Assembly: GCA_944381625.1 (NCBI GenBank)
Contig: CALWLW010000007.1
Coordinates: 1-64,000, forward strand
Length of the DNA: 64,000 bases
Direction: 5' to 3'
Origin: an uncultured Lachnoclostridium sp.
Lineage (GTDB): Bacteria > Bacillota > Clostridia > Lachnospirales > Lachnospiraceae
Below are positions 1-9,356 of the stretch, in pieces (position 1 is the stretch's first letter; each line of letters starts with the position of its first letter). Position numbers and translations under genes: made by a program. The notes under the pieces are model-generated. The model was not told the origin of the DNA. It saw nothing but the letters and a program-made list of their open reading frames with translations, and searched no databases.

Positions 1-73
1 CGGGAATAAGTACGTTTTTTTACTAATTTTTGAACAAACTATGAACAAAAGTTGGTTTTTTTCCGAAGAAAGT

Positions 74-1519
74 TTATATTTTTACGGCGGGTATGACAAC
101 CTTCGTCTCCGTCCACTCTCCGTACCGGCTGTCGATCTCCAGTCCGTACTCCGCCCCGTAATTCAGCTGAAGGCGCTGCCACACGTTGAACAGACCGAAG
201 CCGGAAGACTGGTCCTTGGACTGCACCTCGCCCCGGATCATGCGCCGCACCAGCTCCAGCCGTTCCGGGCTCATACCCATGCCGTCGTCCCAGACCCGGA
301 ACACCAGGCATTCTCCCCGGGCCTGGCCGGTGACCCGGATATGCCCCAGCCCCCGTTTGTTCTTGATCCCATGGTACAGGGCGTTCTCCACCAGCGGCTG
401 CAGGGTGAGCTTCAGGATCTGAAAGCCGTAGAGTTCTTCCGGAATCTGGATCTCATATTCCAGAATATCCCGGTAGCGGAACTGCTGGATCTCCAGATAG
501 CTTCGGATGTGGGATTCCTCCTCCTCCACGGAAATATAGTCCCGGCCTTTGCTGAGGGTGGTTCGGAAGAAGTTGGAGAGTGAGGACACCATCCACACCA
601 CCTCTTCCTTTTTCCCGGCCTCTGCCAGCCATACGATGGTGTCCAGCGTATTGTACAGGAAATGCGGATTGATCTGCGCCTGCAGAAGCTTCAGCTCCGT
701 GGCCCTCAGGTTCAGCTGTTCCACCCGGATATCCTCCACCAGCTTGCCGATCTCCTCCACCATCTGGTTGAAGCTGGAGCCCAGCACGGCCAGCTCATTG
801 TTGCTGTCCTCGCTGGCACGCACCGCGAAATCTCCTTTCCCGGCCTGTTTCGTCACCTCGCAGAGCCGCTGGATCGGCTGGGTGATGTCCAGAGTGATTT
901 TGCGGCTGATCAGAAGCGCCCCTGTCAGGATGAAGGCATATACCACCACGCTCATCTGGAGCACGTTCACCACATCCTTACGGATCTCTTCCCGCAGCGC
1001 CTGCAGGTTCGTCGCTTCATAATAGATATACCTCTGGATCTGCTCCTGGATCAGTTCCGTCAGGATACGGATGTTCATGTCCAGCCGTTCCATATTTGTA
1101 TCGTAGGAACCGCTGACCAGCGCGTCCGTCTCGATCTCCTCCACCCGATCTTCCAGCGAGTTCAGGCTCTTCAGGATACCGTTCAGGCAGTTTCTGGCAT
1201 AATCCGCGTCCGCAGATTCGTACAGTTCCCGGAAATCCTCCCTGGCTTCCTCGATCATCAGGTATGGCTGCTCTGTATCCACCAGTTCTTCCGCCCGCTC
1301 CGAATTGACCACGATGATATACATCAGGTAATCCATCTCTTCCTTGAAGGTCAGATTATAAGCGTTGGCCCTGGTGATATTGGACACGATGCCGTCATAC
1401 CGGGCGGAGAAACGGTTCATCAAAAAGAGCAGATAGACGATCATCACCGTCAGCGGGATCAGGCACACCAGCAGGAGCATGTTCAGACGCTGTTTTAAGT
1501 AAGACTTGTTTCGTCCCAT
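74..1519 (-). CDS. Two-component sensor histidine kinase (YesM-like; N-terminal TM segments, HAMP-like linker, His-kinase and HATPase region)
   Basis: 481-aa ORF. N-terminal hydrophobic segments (LLLVCLIPLTVMIVYLLFL, VVVYAFILTGALLISR). C-terminal HATPase-like motifs (HGIKNKRGLGHIRV, DDGMGM, GFGL). Directly downstream of the AraC-type response regulator. Confidence 0.85.
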   Translation of the reverse strand: MGRNKSYLKQRLNMLLLVCLIPLTVMIVYLLFLMNRFSARYDGIVSNITRANAYNLTFKEEMDYLMYIIVVNSERAEELVDTEQPYLMIEEAREDFRELYESADADYARNCLNGILKSLNSLEDRVEEIETDALVSGSYDTNMERLDMNIRILTELIQEQIQRYIYYEATNLQALREEIRKDVVNVLQMSVVVYAFILTGALLISRKITLDITQPIQRLCEVTKQAGKGDFAVRASEDSNNELAVLGSSFNQMVEEIGKLVEDIRVEQLNLRATELKLLQAQINPHFLYNTLDTIVWLAEAGKKEEVVWMVSSLSNFFRTTLSKGRDYISVEEEESHIRSYLEIQQFRYRDILEYEIQIPEELYGFQILKLTLQPLVENALYHGIKNKRGLGHIRVTGQARGECLVFRVWDDGMGMSPERLELVRRMIRGEVQSKDQSSGFGLFNVWQRLQLNYGAEYGLEIDSRYGEWTETKVVIPAVKI

Positions 1520-1528
1520 TTCTCCCTC

Positions 1529-3142
1529 CTATGCCCCGGCTCGGAACTCCCTGGGCGTACATTCCTGGGTCTTTTTGAACAGATAGCTGAAATAGTGCGG
1601 GTCCTTGTAACCCACGGCGTAGGAGATCTCCGCCGTCTTCATGGTGGTGCTCCGGAGCAGTTCCTTGGCCTTTTCCATGCGCACGGAGGTCAGGTACTCG
1701 ATGAAGGTCTGCCCCATCTCCTGGCTGAAGATGGTACTGAAATGGTTGGGGCTTAAGTTTACGCTGGCCGCCACGCTGTTCAGCGAGATATCTTCATTAT
1801 CATAATGTTCTCCAATATAAGCCCTGGCGTCCTGGAGCAGGGAACGGTATTTCCTGCTGGAAGCTTTCTCCCTCAGGTCGATGGCCGTCTCGAATATTTT
1901 CTTCACATATTCCTTCGCCTGTTCCACCGTGGACAGCTCGGCGGTCATCTTCTGGAAATCTCCGCACCGGCTGACCAGCTCCTCCGTGCCGTACCCCATC
2001 TGCTCCAGCACAGACACAGTGGCGAAATACATGTCCATGGTCACATACTGGCGGAACAGCAGCGACTGCACGTTCCGTTCTCCCAGGCTGGCCAGATATT
2101 CGTCGATAAAATGGACGGCCTCACTCTTCAGGCCCGTCTTCAGGAAGTTCTCCACCACCCTGCGGTCCAGCTTTTCCACGTTCAGCGAACGCAGGGTCAG
2201 TTCCTCGTCCTCCGAGCCTTCCTCCGAGGCGCTGGCGCTGAAGATGATCTGGTTGCGCTTCTTCAGGTACCGGTACGCGAACGCACGGCTGGCCTCCTCA
2301 AAGCATCTGCCCAGTTCGCTTAACCGTCCCACCGGCTGGCCGGCGCCGCCGAAATATTCGATGCCCGTATGTCCCTGGAAAATGTTCTGGATCCGTTCCA
2401 GGAACTCCGTCTGGATCTGTTCCAGATCCTTCTCTTCTGTTTCCTTCAGGATAAACGCCCAGCCTTCCATACCCAGCTCAATCATCAGGATCTCGCCGGA
2501 ACGCTCCGTCATCTCCTCGATCACTGCCGTGACCGCATTCTGCTCTTCGGAATAGCCTTCCACCTTCCCTTCCATAAATACCTGGAACAGGACGATGTTA
2601 TACCGTTTGGCAGCCAGATCCATGCCCACGTCCCGCCCTTCTTTGAGCAGTTCCGACACGGGGCGTTTTCCGGAGATCAGGCCCCGGAAGAATTTCTGCC
2701 GGGCAAGCTGGGCGTTCTCCATGCGCTCTTTTTCAAAGGTATACAGAAAGTCCCTCTGCTGCCGCTCTTCCAGGATCAGCTTCTCCACCTTCTTCACGGC
2801 CGCCAGAAGCTGCGCGCCGGAGACCGGTTTTACCAGGTAATCCGTGATCCCGATGTTGATCGCTTCCTTCGCGTATTCAAATTCATCGTAGCCGCTCAGG
2901 ATGATGATCTTGATGTCCGGCATCTCCTGCCGGATCAGACGGCTCAGTTCCAGCCCGTCCATAAACGGCATCTTAATATCCGTGAGCAGGATATCCGGCC
3001 TGACCTTCTGGATCATGGGATATGCCAGTTCTCCGTCGCTGGCTTCCCCCGCAAACTCGAAGCCCTCCTCCGACCAGTTGATATTATTCTTAATGCCCTC
3101 CCGCATTACGATTTCATCTTCTACCAAAAATACTTTCAGCAT
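1529..3142 (-). CDS. Response regulator with CheY-like receiver and C-terminal AraC-type HTH (YesN-like)
   Basis: 537-aa ORF. The N-terminus MLKVFLVEDE...LLTDIKMPFMDGLEL is a typical receiver. The C-terminus has an AraC HTH signature (YLTSVRMEKAKELL...GYKDPHYFSYLFKK). It is separated from the kinase by 9 bp. Confidence 0.85.
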   Translation of the reverse strand: MLKVFLVEDEIVMREGIKNNINWSEEGFEFAGEASDGELAYPMIQKVRPDILLTDIKMPFMDGLELSRLIRQEMPDIKIIILSGYDEFEYAKEAINIGITDYLVKPVSGAQLLAAVKKVEKLILEERQQRDFLYTFEKERMENAQLARQKFFRGLISGKRPVSELLKEGRDVGMDLAAKRYNIVLFQVFMEGKVEGYSEEQNAVTAVIEEMTERSGEILMIELGMEGWAFILKETEEKDLEQIQTEFLERIQNIFQGHTGIEYFGGAGQPVGRLSELGRCFEEASRAFAYRYLKKRNQIIFSASASEEGSEDEELTLRSLNVEKLDRRVVENFLKTGLKSEAVHFIDEYLASLGERNVQSLLFRQYVTMDMYFATVSVLEQMGYGTEELVSRCGDFQKMTAELSTVEQAKEYVKKIFETAIDLREKASSRKYRSLLQDARAYIGEHYDNEDISLNSVAASVNLSPNHFSTIFSQEMGQTFIEYLTSVRMEKAKELLRSTTMKTAEISYAVGYKDPHYFSYLFKKTQECTPREFRAGA

Positions 3143-3265
3143 GCTAACTCCTGAACCTTTTCTTATTTTGTATCCCCGCCCGGAGAACTTTTATCCTGTG
3201 GGAAGGTTCTTTGAATCTTCCCACAGGACAAAAGGGACTGCCTCGGCAGCCCCTTCTCCTCCATC

Positions 3266-4312
3266 TTATCTGAATTTGTATACCGTTGTCGTATGATACG
3301 GCTGGCCTGCGTCAAATACCGGCTGGCGGAATTCCGGGGTATTGATACTGTTGGGGAAATACTGCGTCTCCAGGCACAGGGCATGGCGCTTACCGTAGGC
3401 GGCCCCGCCTTTTCCCGTCTGGGGCGTGATGCAGTTGCCGGCGTAGAACTGTACGCCCGGAAGATCCGTATAGACGTCCATGATCCTGCCCGCCTTCTCG
3501 TCTTCCACCTGGGCGATCTTCTCCACCTTGCCGAACTCCGTATCCAGCGCCCAGTTGTGGTCGTAGCCCTGCACCATGGTCAGCTGGTCCCAGTCCGCGT
3601 CGATCTCATCGCCGATACGCTTCGCCGTCCTGAAATCCATGGGCGTCCCTTCTACAGGAAGGATTTTTCCTGTGGGGATCGCGCCCGGAAGGATCTCGGC
3701 AAAACCGCTGGCGTTGATCGTCATCTTCTCGTCCTCGATGCTGCCCGCATCGTGTCCCGCTAGGTTGAAATATGTATGGTTCGTCACGTTGATCAGTGTC
3801 TTTTTATCGCTGACACCGTCGTAAGTGATCTGAATCCCGTTGTCCGGCAGCAGGGTATAGGTCACGGACATCTGAAGCGTCCCGGGAAAACCGTTCTCTC
3901 CGTCCGGGCTTACATAGGACAGCTTCAGCGCGTTGGCAGCCTCGTCCGGCTCCGCCTGCCACATCACCTTGTGGAATCCGTGATCAAAATCCGTGTGCAG
4001 GTTATTGCCATTCTCATTGGCCGCCAGGCTGTAGGTCTCTTTGTCCAGAGTGAAGGCCGCGCCGCCGATGCGGTTGGCGCTCCGTCCGATGACTGCCCCG
4101 AAGAAGCACCCGTTTTCCTCATAGTCTTCCAGGCGGTCGTAGCCCAGCACCACGTCGGTCTTGCTTCCGTCCGCTTCCGGAAGCAGGAGACTTACCAGGA
4201 TCGCGCCGTAATCCGTGATCACAGCCTCCATGCCGTTTTCATTGGTCAGGGTGTACAGATGTGCCTGCGCGCCGTTTTTTGTTACGCCAAATTCTTTTTT
4301 TGTAATCATCAT
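3266..4312 (-). CDS. galM: Aldose 1-epimerase (galactose mutarotase family)
   Basis: 348-aa ORF with a mutarotase-like length and motifs (HGF...W, NLAGHD). Confidence 0.75.
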   Translation of the reverse strand: MMITKKEFGVTKNGAQAHLYTLTNENGMEAVITDYGAILVSLLLPEADGSKTDVVLGYDRLEDYEENGCFFGAVIGRSANRIGGAAFTLDKETYSLAANENGNNLHTDFDHGFHKVMWQAEPDEAANALKLSYVSPDGENGFPGTLQMSVTYTLLPDNGIQITYDGVSDKKTLINVTNHTYFNLAGHDAGSIEDEKMTINASGFAEILPGAIPTGKILPVEGTPMDFRTAKRIGDEIDADWDQLTMVQGYDHNWALDTEFGKVEKIAQVEDEKAGRIMDVYTDLPGVQFYAGNCITPQTGKGGAAYGKRHALCLETQYFPNSINTPEFRQPVFDAGQPYHTTTVYKFR

Positions 4313-4325
4313 CTCTTAAGCTCCT

Positions 4326-4922
4326 TTACAGCTCCACGCGGCCTTCCAGCGCGCGGAGCAGCGTTACTTCGTCAATATATTCCAGGTCTCCGCCCACCGG
4401 CACCCCGCTGGCGATCCTCGTCACCTTGATCCCGGTGGGCTTCACCAGCTTGCTGATATACATGGCCGTGGTCTCCCCCTCCAGGCTGGAGTTGGTGGCG
4501 ATGATCACCTCGTCCACGTCCTTTTCCAGACGGTGCATCAGCTCTTTGAGCCGGATGTCCGCCGGGCCGATGCCCAGCATGGGCGAAATAGCCCCATGAA
4601 GCACATGATAGACTCCCTCATATTTCCCGGTCTTTTCATAAGCGGTCATATCTCTGGGGTTCTCCACAACCATAATTACTTTCTGGTTGCGTTTGGGATT
4701 GCCGCACACCGGGCAGAGCTCCCGATCCGTCAGGGTCAGGCACTGACGGCAGTAGCGGATCGTGCTCCTGGCCTTGACCATGGTGTCCGCCAGCTTTTCC
4801 ACCCGCTCTTTGGGCATGTCGATAATATGGAAAGCCAGCCTCTGCGCCGTCTTCGCCCCGATCCCCGGGAGCGACGACAGCTGTTCGATGAGCTGGCTGA
4901 TCTGACTGCTGTAATATTCCAT
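4326..4922 (-). CDS. recR: Recombination protein RecR
   Basis: 198 aa. Helix-hairpin-helix ([16 protein letters not shown]), C4 zinc finger (CRQC...CPVC) and Toprim region. Overlaps the ybaB stop. Confidence 0.9.
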   Translation of the reverse strand: MEYYSSQISQLIEQLSSLPGIGAKTAQRLAFHIIDMPKERVEKLADTMVKARSTIRYCRQCLTLTDRELCPVCGNPKRNQKVIMVVENPRDMTAYEKTGKYEGVYHVLHGAISPMLGIGPADIRLKELMHRLEKDVDEVIIATNSSLEGETTAMYISKLVKPTGIKVTRIASGVPVGGDLEYIDEVTLLRALEGRVEL

Positions 4923-5269
4923 CAGAACGGGAAGCCTCCGCCCAGACCGCCGGTGAGCTTCGCCATGCTGGCCGCGGACGCTTCATCCGCCTTGCGGAGC
5001 GCCTCGTTCACCGCCGCCATGACCAGGTCTTCCAGCATCTCCACGTCGTCCGGATCCACCGCTTCCGGATCCAGCTTCACCTTCGTCACTTCTTTTTTAC
5101 CGGTCACTGTCACTTCCACTGCTCCGCCTCCTGCGGCCGCCGTGAACTCTGCGGCTTCCAGCTCCTTCTGGTTCTCCTCCATCTGGCGCTGCATCCTCTG
5201 CGCCTGCTTCATCAGATTGTTCATGTTTCCAGGCATGCCGCCTCCCGGAAAGCCTCCTCTTTTTGCCAT
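4922..5269 (-). CDS. ybaB: Nucleoid-associated protein YbaB/EbfC
   Basis: 115 aa with G/P-rich ends and a central [13 protein letters not shown]...[17 protein letters not shown] motif. Canonical position between dnaX and recR. Confidence 0.85.
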   Translation of the reverse strand: MAKRGGFPGGGMPGNMNNLMKQAQRMQRQMEENQKELEAAEFTAAAGGGAVEVTVTGKKEVTKVKLDPEAVDPDDVEMLEDLVMAAVNEALRKADEASAASMAKLTGGLGGGFPF

Positions 5270-5285
5270 ATGTTACATCCTCCTG

Positions 5286-6854
5286 TCATCCTTCAATCTC
5301 TATGTCCATATCTATGGAATCTCTCAGTTCGCCCATGTCAATCCATGGTTCCTTTGAGTCGGTATCCGTCTGGGGCGTGCGCACCTGCACCCGGATCTTC
5401 ATCTGAAATTCCTCCGCAGCCGTCTGCTGGATCTCTTCAGCCAGCGCCTGCTCATCCACCGCGTAATCTCTGCACAGGATGATCTGCACCCCGCTGTGAT
5501 CTGGCAGCTCCCGGTAACCGGCGTTCTTCAGTACCTGTCTGGCCCAGGAGCCGGTCTTTTTACGGATCTCCTGGAAGCGGTCCAGGAACATCCTGGTATC
5601 CGCCGGAAGCAGCCCGGCTGAGATCTTCTGCCCTTCCGGCTGAGGCGCTTCTCTTTTTTCCTCCTGTCCGCCTCCCTCCGAGGGGGCCGGAACAGGGATT
5701 CCCTGCTCCATCCGCTTCTCCAGTTCGGACAGCCTCTGCAGGATGGAATCATAATTAGGCTCCATGGCCGGACGGCACAGTTTCACCAGCGCCATCTCCA
5801 CCATCACCCGCTTCTGGGTGGCATAACGGATCTGTCCGGATAATTCGGAAAAAATCCGGATATAACGCATCAGTTCCTGGGGCTTCACCAGACGGGCTTC
5901 CTCTCTCATCCGCTCCAGATTTTCATCCGACGCGTCGATGACCGCTTCCATCTCCCGTCCGTTTTCCAGCATCAGAAGGTTCCGCAGGTACCAGATAAAG
6001 TCCGTCACAAACTGGGACAGTTCCCTTCCCTGCAGAATGATCTGATCCAGCTCCTGAATCACCGCCTTCAGATCCCTGGCGCAGACCTTCCGGAAGAAGC
6101 CGCTGAACACATCCATGTCCACGGCGCCCAGCACGTCCAGCACATGGTCATAGGTCAGCCGCTGTCCCAGATAGAACGCGATGCACTGGTCCAGAAGGCT
6201 CAGGGCGTCGCGCATGGAGCCGTCCGCCGCCTTCGCCACATATTCCAGCGCCCGGTCTTCCACCTCCACCTGTTCTTTCGCCATCAGATCCCGCAGGCGT
6301 CCGGCGATGGTCTCCACCGTGATCCGGCGGAAATCGTACCGCTGGCAGCGGGACAGGATCGTGATGGGGATCTTGTTCGCCTCCGTGGTGGCCAGGATAA
6401 AGATTACATAGGACGGAGGCTCTTCCAGGGTTTTCAGAAGCGCATTGAAGGCCCCGATGGAAAGCATATGAACCTCGTCGATAATATAGACCTTGTACCG
6501 TCCTTCTGTGGGCGAATATGCCACCTCATCCCGGATCTCCCGGATATTGTCCACGCCGTTGTTGGAGGCCGCGTCGATCTCGATCACATTCATGGACGTA
6601 CCCGCGGCGATGGATCGGCAGGACGCACACTCCCCGCAGGGATTGCCGTCCACCGGATGCTCGCAGTTCACCGCCTTGGCAAAGATCTTCGCGATCGTCG
6701 TCTTTCCGGTACCCCTGGTTCCGCAGAACAGATAGGCATGCCCGATGCGGTCAGCCCGGATCTGGTTCTTCAATGTTGTCACAATATGGTCCTGACCCTT
6801 TACATCCGAAAATTCCGCAGGGCGGAATTTTCGGTACAATGCAGTATAGGACAT
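5286..6854 (-). CDS. dnaX: DNA polymerase III subunit gamma/tau
   Basis: 522 aa. N-terminal YRKFRPAEFSDVKGQDHI, Walker A GTRGTGKTT and zinc module CGECASC. Confidence 0.9.
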   Translation of the reverse strand: MSYTALYRKFRPAEFSDVKGQDHIVTTLKNQIRADRIGHAYLFCGTRGTGKTTIAKIFAKAVNCEHPVDGNPCGECASCRSIAAGTSMNVIEIDAASNNGVDNIREIRDEVAYSPTEGRYKVYIIDEVHMLSIGAFNALLKTLEEPPSYVIFILATTEANKIPITILSRCQRYDFRRITVETIAGRLRDLMAKEQVEVEDRALEYVAKAADGSMRDALSLLDQCIAFYLGQRLTYDHVLDVLGAVDMDVFSGFFRKVCARDLKAVIQELDQIILQGRELSQFVTDFIWYLRNLLMLENGREMEAVIDASDENLERMREEARLVKPQELMRYIRIFSELSGQIRYATQKRVMVEMALVKLCRPAMEPNYDSILQRLSELEKRMEQGIPVPAPSEGGGQEEKREAPQPEGQKISAGLLPADTRMFLDRFQEIRKKTGSWARQVLKNAGYRELPDHSGVQIILCRDYAVDEQALAEEIQQTAAEEFQMKIRVQVRTPQTDTDSKEPWIDMGELRDSIDMDIEIEG

Positions 6855-6889
6855 GTCTGTCTGACCTCTTTCTAACGCAAAATTCTAAA

Positions 6890-7966
6890 TCAGTCGCCGA
6901 AGCTGATGCCCACGCGCTTCGCTTCTTTGATGATGCCCGCGTTGGGATCTACCATCTTCAGTTTTCCTGCCACGTCGCCCAGCGGCACCTTGCAGGTCTC
7001 GCCGTTGACGATGCCCACCATGTAGCCGTATTTGCCGTTGATGATCAGCTCTGCGGCCTTGGAGCCCAGCCTGGTGGAAAGTACGCGGTCATACGGGTTG
7101 GGGGAACCGCCCCTCTGCATATGTCCCGGTACGGTCACGCGCACGTCTGCGCCGGTGCGTTTCTGGATCTCGTCCGCCAGCTCATAGGATACGGACGGAT
7201 ATTCATAGTTGGCCAGCTTCGCCTTGTACTCTTTCTTGGACAGTTTGGCGTCTTCCTTGGAGATCGCGCCCTCGGCCACAGCCAGGATCGTGAAGCCTTT
7301 TCTGCCGCGGTTCCTCTTGGCAATGGCTTCGCATACTTTATCGATATCGTAGGGAATCTCAGGGATCAGCACGATGTCCGCTCCGCCGGCGATGCCTGCG
7401 TGCAGCGTAAGCCACCCCACCTTATGTCCCATAACCTCCACGATGAACACGCGTCCGTGGGATGCCGCCGTGGTATGGATACAGTCGATACAGTTGGTCG
7501 CCAGGTCCACCGCGCTCTGGAATCCGAAGGTCATGTCCGTGCCCCAGATATCGTTGTCAATGGTCTTGGGCAGATGGATCACGTTGAGTCCTTCCTCACG
7601 CAGCAGGTTCGCGGTCTTCTGGGTGCCGTTGCCGCCCAGGATCACCAGGCAGTCCAGCTCCAGACGGCGGTAGTTCTGCTTCATGGCCGCAACCTTGTCC
7701 AGCCCGTTCTCGTCCGGATTCCTCATGTTTTTAAAAGATTCCCTGGAGCTTCCCAGGATCGTCCCGCCCTTGGTCAGGATGCCGGAAAAATCGCTGTAGG
7801 ACATACGGCGGTACTCATTGTAGATAAGTCCACGGTAACCCTCCTCAAAACCGTAGATCTCCACTTCGGAACCCAGAGCGTTGTACAGTCCTTTTGCCAC
7901 GCCTCTCATGGTGGCGTTCAATGCCTGGCAGTCTCCTCCGCTCGTTAAAAACCCTACTCTTTTCAT
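6890..7966 (-). CDS. pfkA: 6-phosphofructokinase
   Basis: PFK signature MKRVGFLTSGGDCQALNA and GGDGS-like motifs. The start was moved to an internal ATG (MKRVGF) that has an AAGGAG RBS 8 nt upstream. The annotated upstream ATG at 7993 has no RBS. Confidence 0.85.
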   Translation of the reverse strand: MKRVGFLTSGGDCQALNATMRGVAKGLYNALGSEVEIYGFEEGYRGLIYNEYRRMSYSDFSGILTKGGTILGSSRESFKNMRNPDENGLDKVAAMKQNYRRLELDCLVILGGNGTQKTANLLREEGLNVIHLPKTIDNDIWGTDMTFGFQSAVDLATNCIDCIHTTAASHGRVFIVEVMGHKVGWLTLHAGIAGGADIVLIPEIPYDIDKVCEAIAKRNRGRKGFTILAVAEGAISKEDAKLSKKEYKAKLANYEYPSVSYELADEIQKRTGADVRVTVPGHMQRGGSPNPYDRVLSTRLGSKAAELIINGKYGYMVGIVNGETCKVPLGDVAGKLKMVDPNAGIIKEAKRVGISFGD

Positions 7967-8050
7967 AACTACATCTCCTTTGCCTTTTATCATTTCCCCA
8001 CACCCCGGGGGAGCATCGGCGCGGCCCCTGCGCGGCCGATATTTCTATTT

Positions 8051-8079
8051 ATTATACCCTATACAGAAGGTTTTCACAA
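8051..8079 (-). promoter_or_regulatory. Putative sigma-A promoter for pfkA (-35 TTGTGA, 17-nt spacer, -10 TATAAT)
   Basis: The minus strand reads cTTGTGAaaaccttctgtatagggTATAATaaa, about 85 nt upstream of the pfkA start. Confidence 0.4.
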
Positions 8080-8116
8080 GTGCGGAACAAGGTTTTCAAA
8101 CCGTTTTGAAGGGCGC

Positions 8117-8165
8117 GAAAACAGAATCCGCGCGAAGCCGGCCGGCCCCGCGCGGATTCTGTTTT
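8117..8165. terminator. Bidirectional intrinsic-terminator-like hairpin between pfkA upstream region and msmK-like gene end
   Basis: Perfect 17-bp inverted repeat aaaacagaatccgcgcg / cgcgcggattctgtttt. It is flanked by T-runs on both strands and lies 33 bp downstream of the ATPase stop (minus strand). Confidence 0.5.
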
Positions 8166-8197
8166 ATGAGGATCTTTCTGTCAGTAGAGAAAACAGG

Positions 8198-9310
8198 TCA
8201 GTCTACAATCGTTTTCTCTGTCACATTGTCAAAAATATGGATCTTGCTGGTATCCATGGCCAGACGGATCTTATCTCCTACCGCCGCTTTGGCAGACGCG
8301 TTCAGGGAAGCGACCCAGCTGGTATCGTCAATATCAAAGTACACCAGCGCTTCCGCGCCCAGCATCTCGTACACGCGCACCTCTGCGTCGAAACAGGATT
8401 TGCTGTATTTCTGCAGGCTGTCCGCATCGCCGTGAATATCGGAGGGACGGATGCCCAGCACAACCTTGCCTCCCACATAGCCGCCTTTTCTCAGCGCGTC
8501 CGCCCGGTCAGCATTCAGGGTGATCTTCTGCCCGGCGAATCTTAAGGAGACCTCGCCCTCTTCCTCCACCGCGTCCGCAGTGATCATATTCATCTGCGGC
8601 GAGCCGATGAAGCCGGCCACAAATTTATTGCAGGGATGCTCGTACAGGTTCTGGGGCGTATCGATCTGCTGAACCACACCGTCTTTCATTACTACGATCC
8701 TGGTGCCCAGCGTCATTGCCTCCGTCTGATCGTGGGTCACATAGATGATCGTACTGCCCAGGCGCTGATGGAGCTTGGAGATCTCCACACGCATCTGGCC
8801 CCTGAGCTTGGCGTCCAGGTTGGACAGCGGTTCGTCCATGAGAAATACTTTGGGATTACGCACAATCGCGCGCCCCATGGCGACACGCTGCCGCTGGCCG
8901 CCGGAGAGGGCTCTGGGCTTGCGGTCCAGCAGTTTCTCCAGATCCAGGATACGCGCCGCTTCCCGGACGGCCTTGTCGATCTCGTCCTTGGGAGTCTTTC
9001 TCAGCTTCAGGGAAAACGCCATATTGTCATACACGGTCATATGCGGATACAAAGCGTAACTCTGGAATACCATAGCGATATCCCTGTCCTTCGGTTCCAC
9101 ATCGTTTACCACTTTTCCGTCGATGATCAGTTCCCCGGAGGTGATGTCCTCCAGTCCCGCCACCATACGCAGGGTGGTGGATTTTCCGCAGCCGGACGGG
9201 CCTACGAAAATGATAAATTCTTTGTCCTGGATATCCAGGTTAAAATCTTTTACCGCCTCATATCCGTTGGGATATTTTTTACATACATTTTTCAGCTGAA
9301 CACTTGCCAT
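8198..9310 (-). CDS. Sugar ABC transporter ATP-binding protein (MsmK/MalK/UgpC type, with C-terminal TOBE-like domain)
   Basis: 370 aa. Walker A GPSGCGKST, ABC signature LSGGQRQR and Walker B VFLMDEPLSNLD. Confidence 0.85.
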   Translation of the reverse strand: MASVQLKNVCKKYPNGYEAVKDFNLDIQDKEFIIFVGPSGCGKSTTLRMVAGLEDITSGELIIDGKVVNDVEPKDRDIAMVFQSYALYPHMTVYDNMAFSLKLRKTPKDEIDKAVREAARILDLEKLLDRKPRALSGGQRQRVAMGRAIVRNPKVFLMDEPLSNLDAKLRGQMRVEISKLHQRLGSTIIYVTHDQTEAMTLGTRIVVMKDGVVQQIDTPQNLYEHPCNKFVAGFIGSPQMNMITADAVEEEGEVSLRFAGQKITLNADRADALRKGGYVGGKVVLGIRPSDIHGDADSLQKYSKSCFDAEVRVYEMLGAEALVYFDIDDTSWVASLNASAKAAVGDKIRLAMDTSKIHIFDNVTEKTIVD

Positions 9311-9356
9311 AATTTCCTCCTATATTGATGCGCCCGTACGGCGCCGCCGTTATTTC

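Noticed and set aside
41-1498. Plus-strand ORFs (41-583, 549-1022, 662-1498) at the window start
   Set aside because: They are antisense to the histidine kinase gene and have no recognisable domains. Their sequences are rich in Arg, Leu, His and Pro, which is typical of shadow ORFs.
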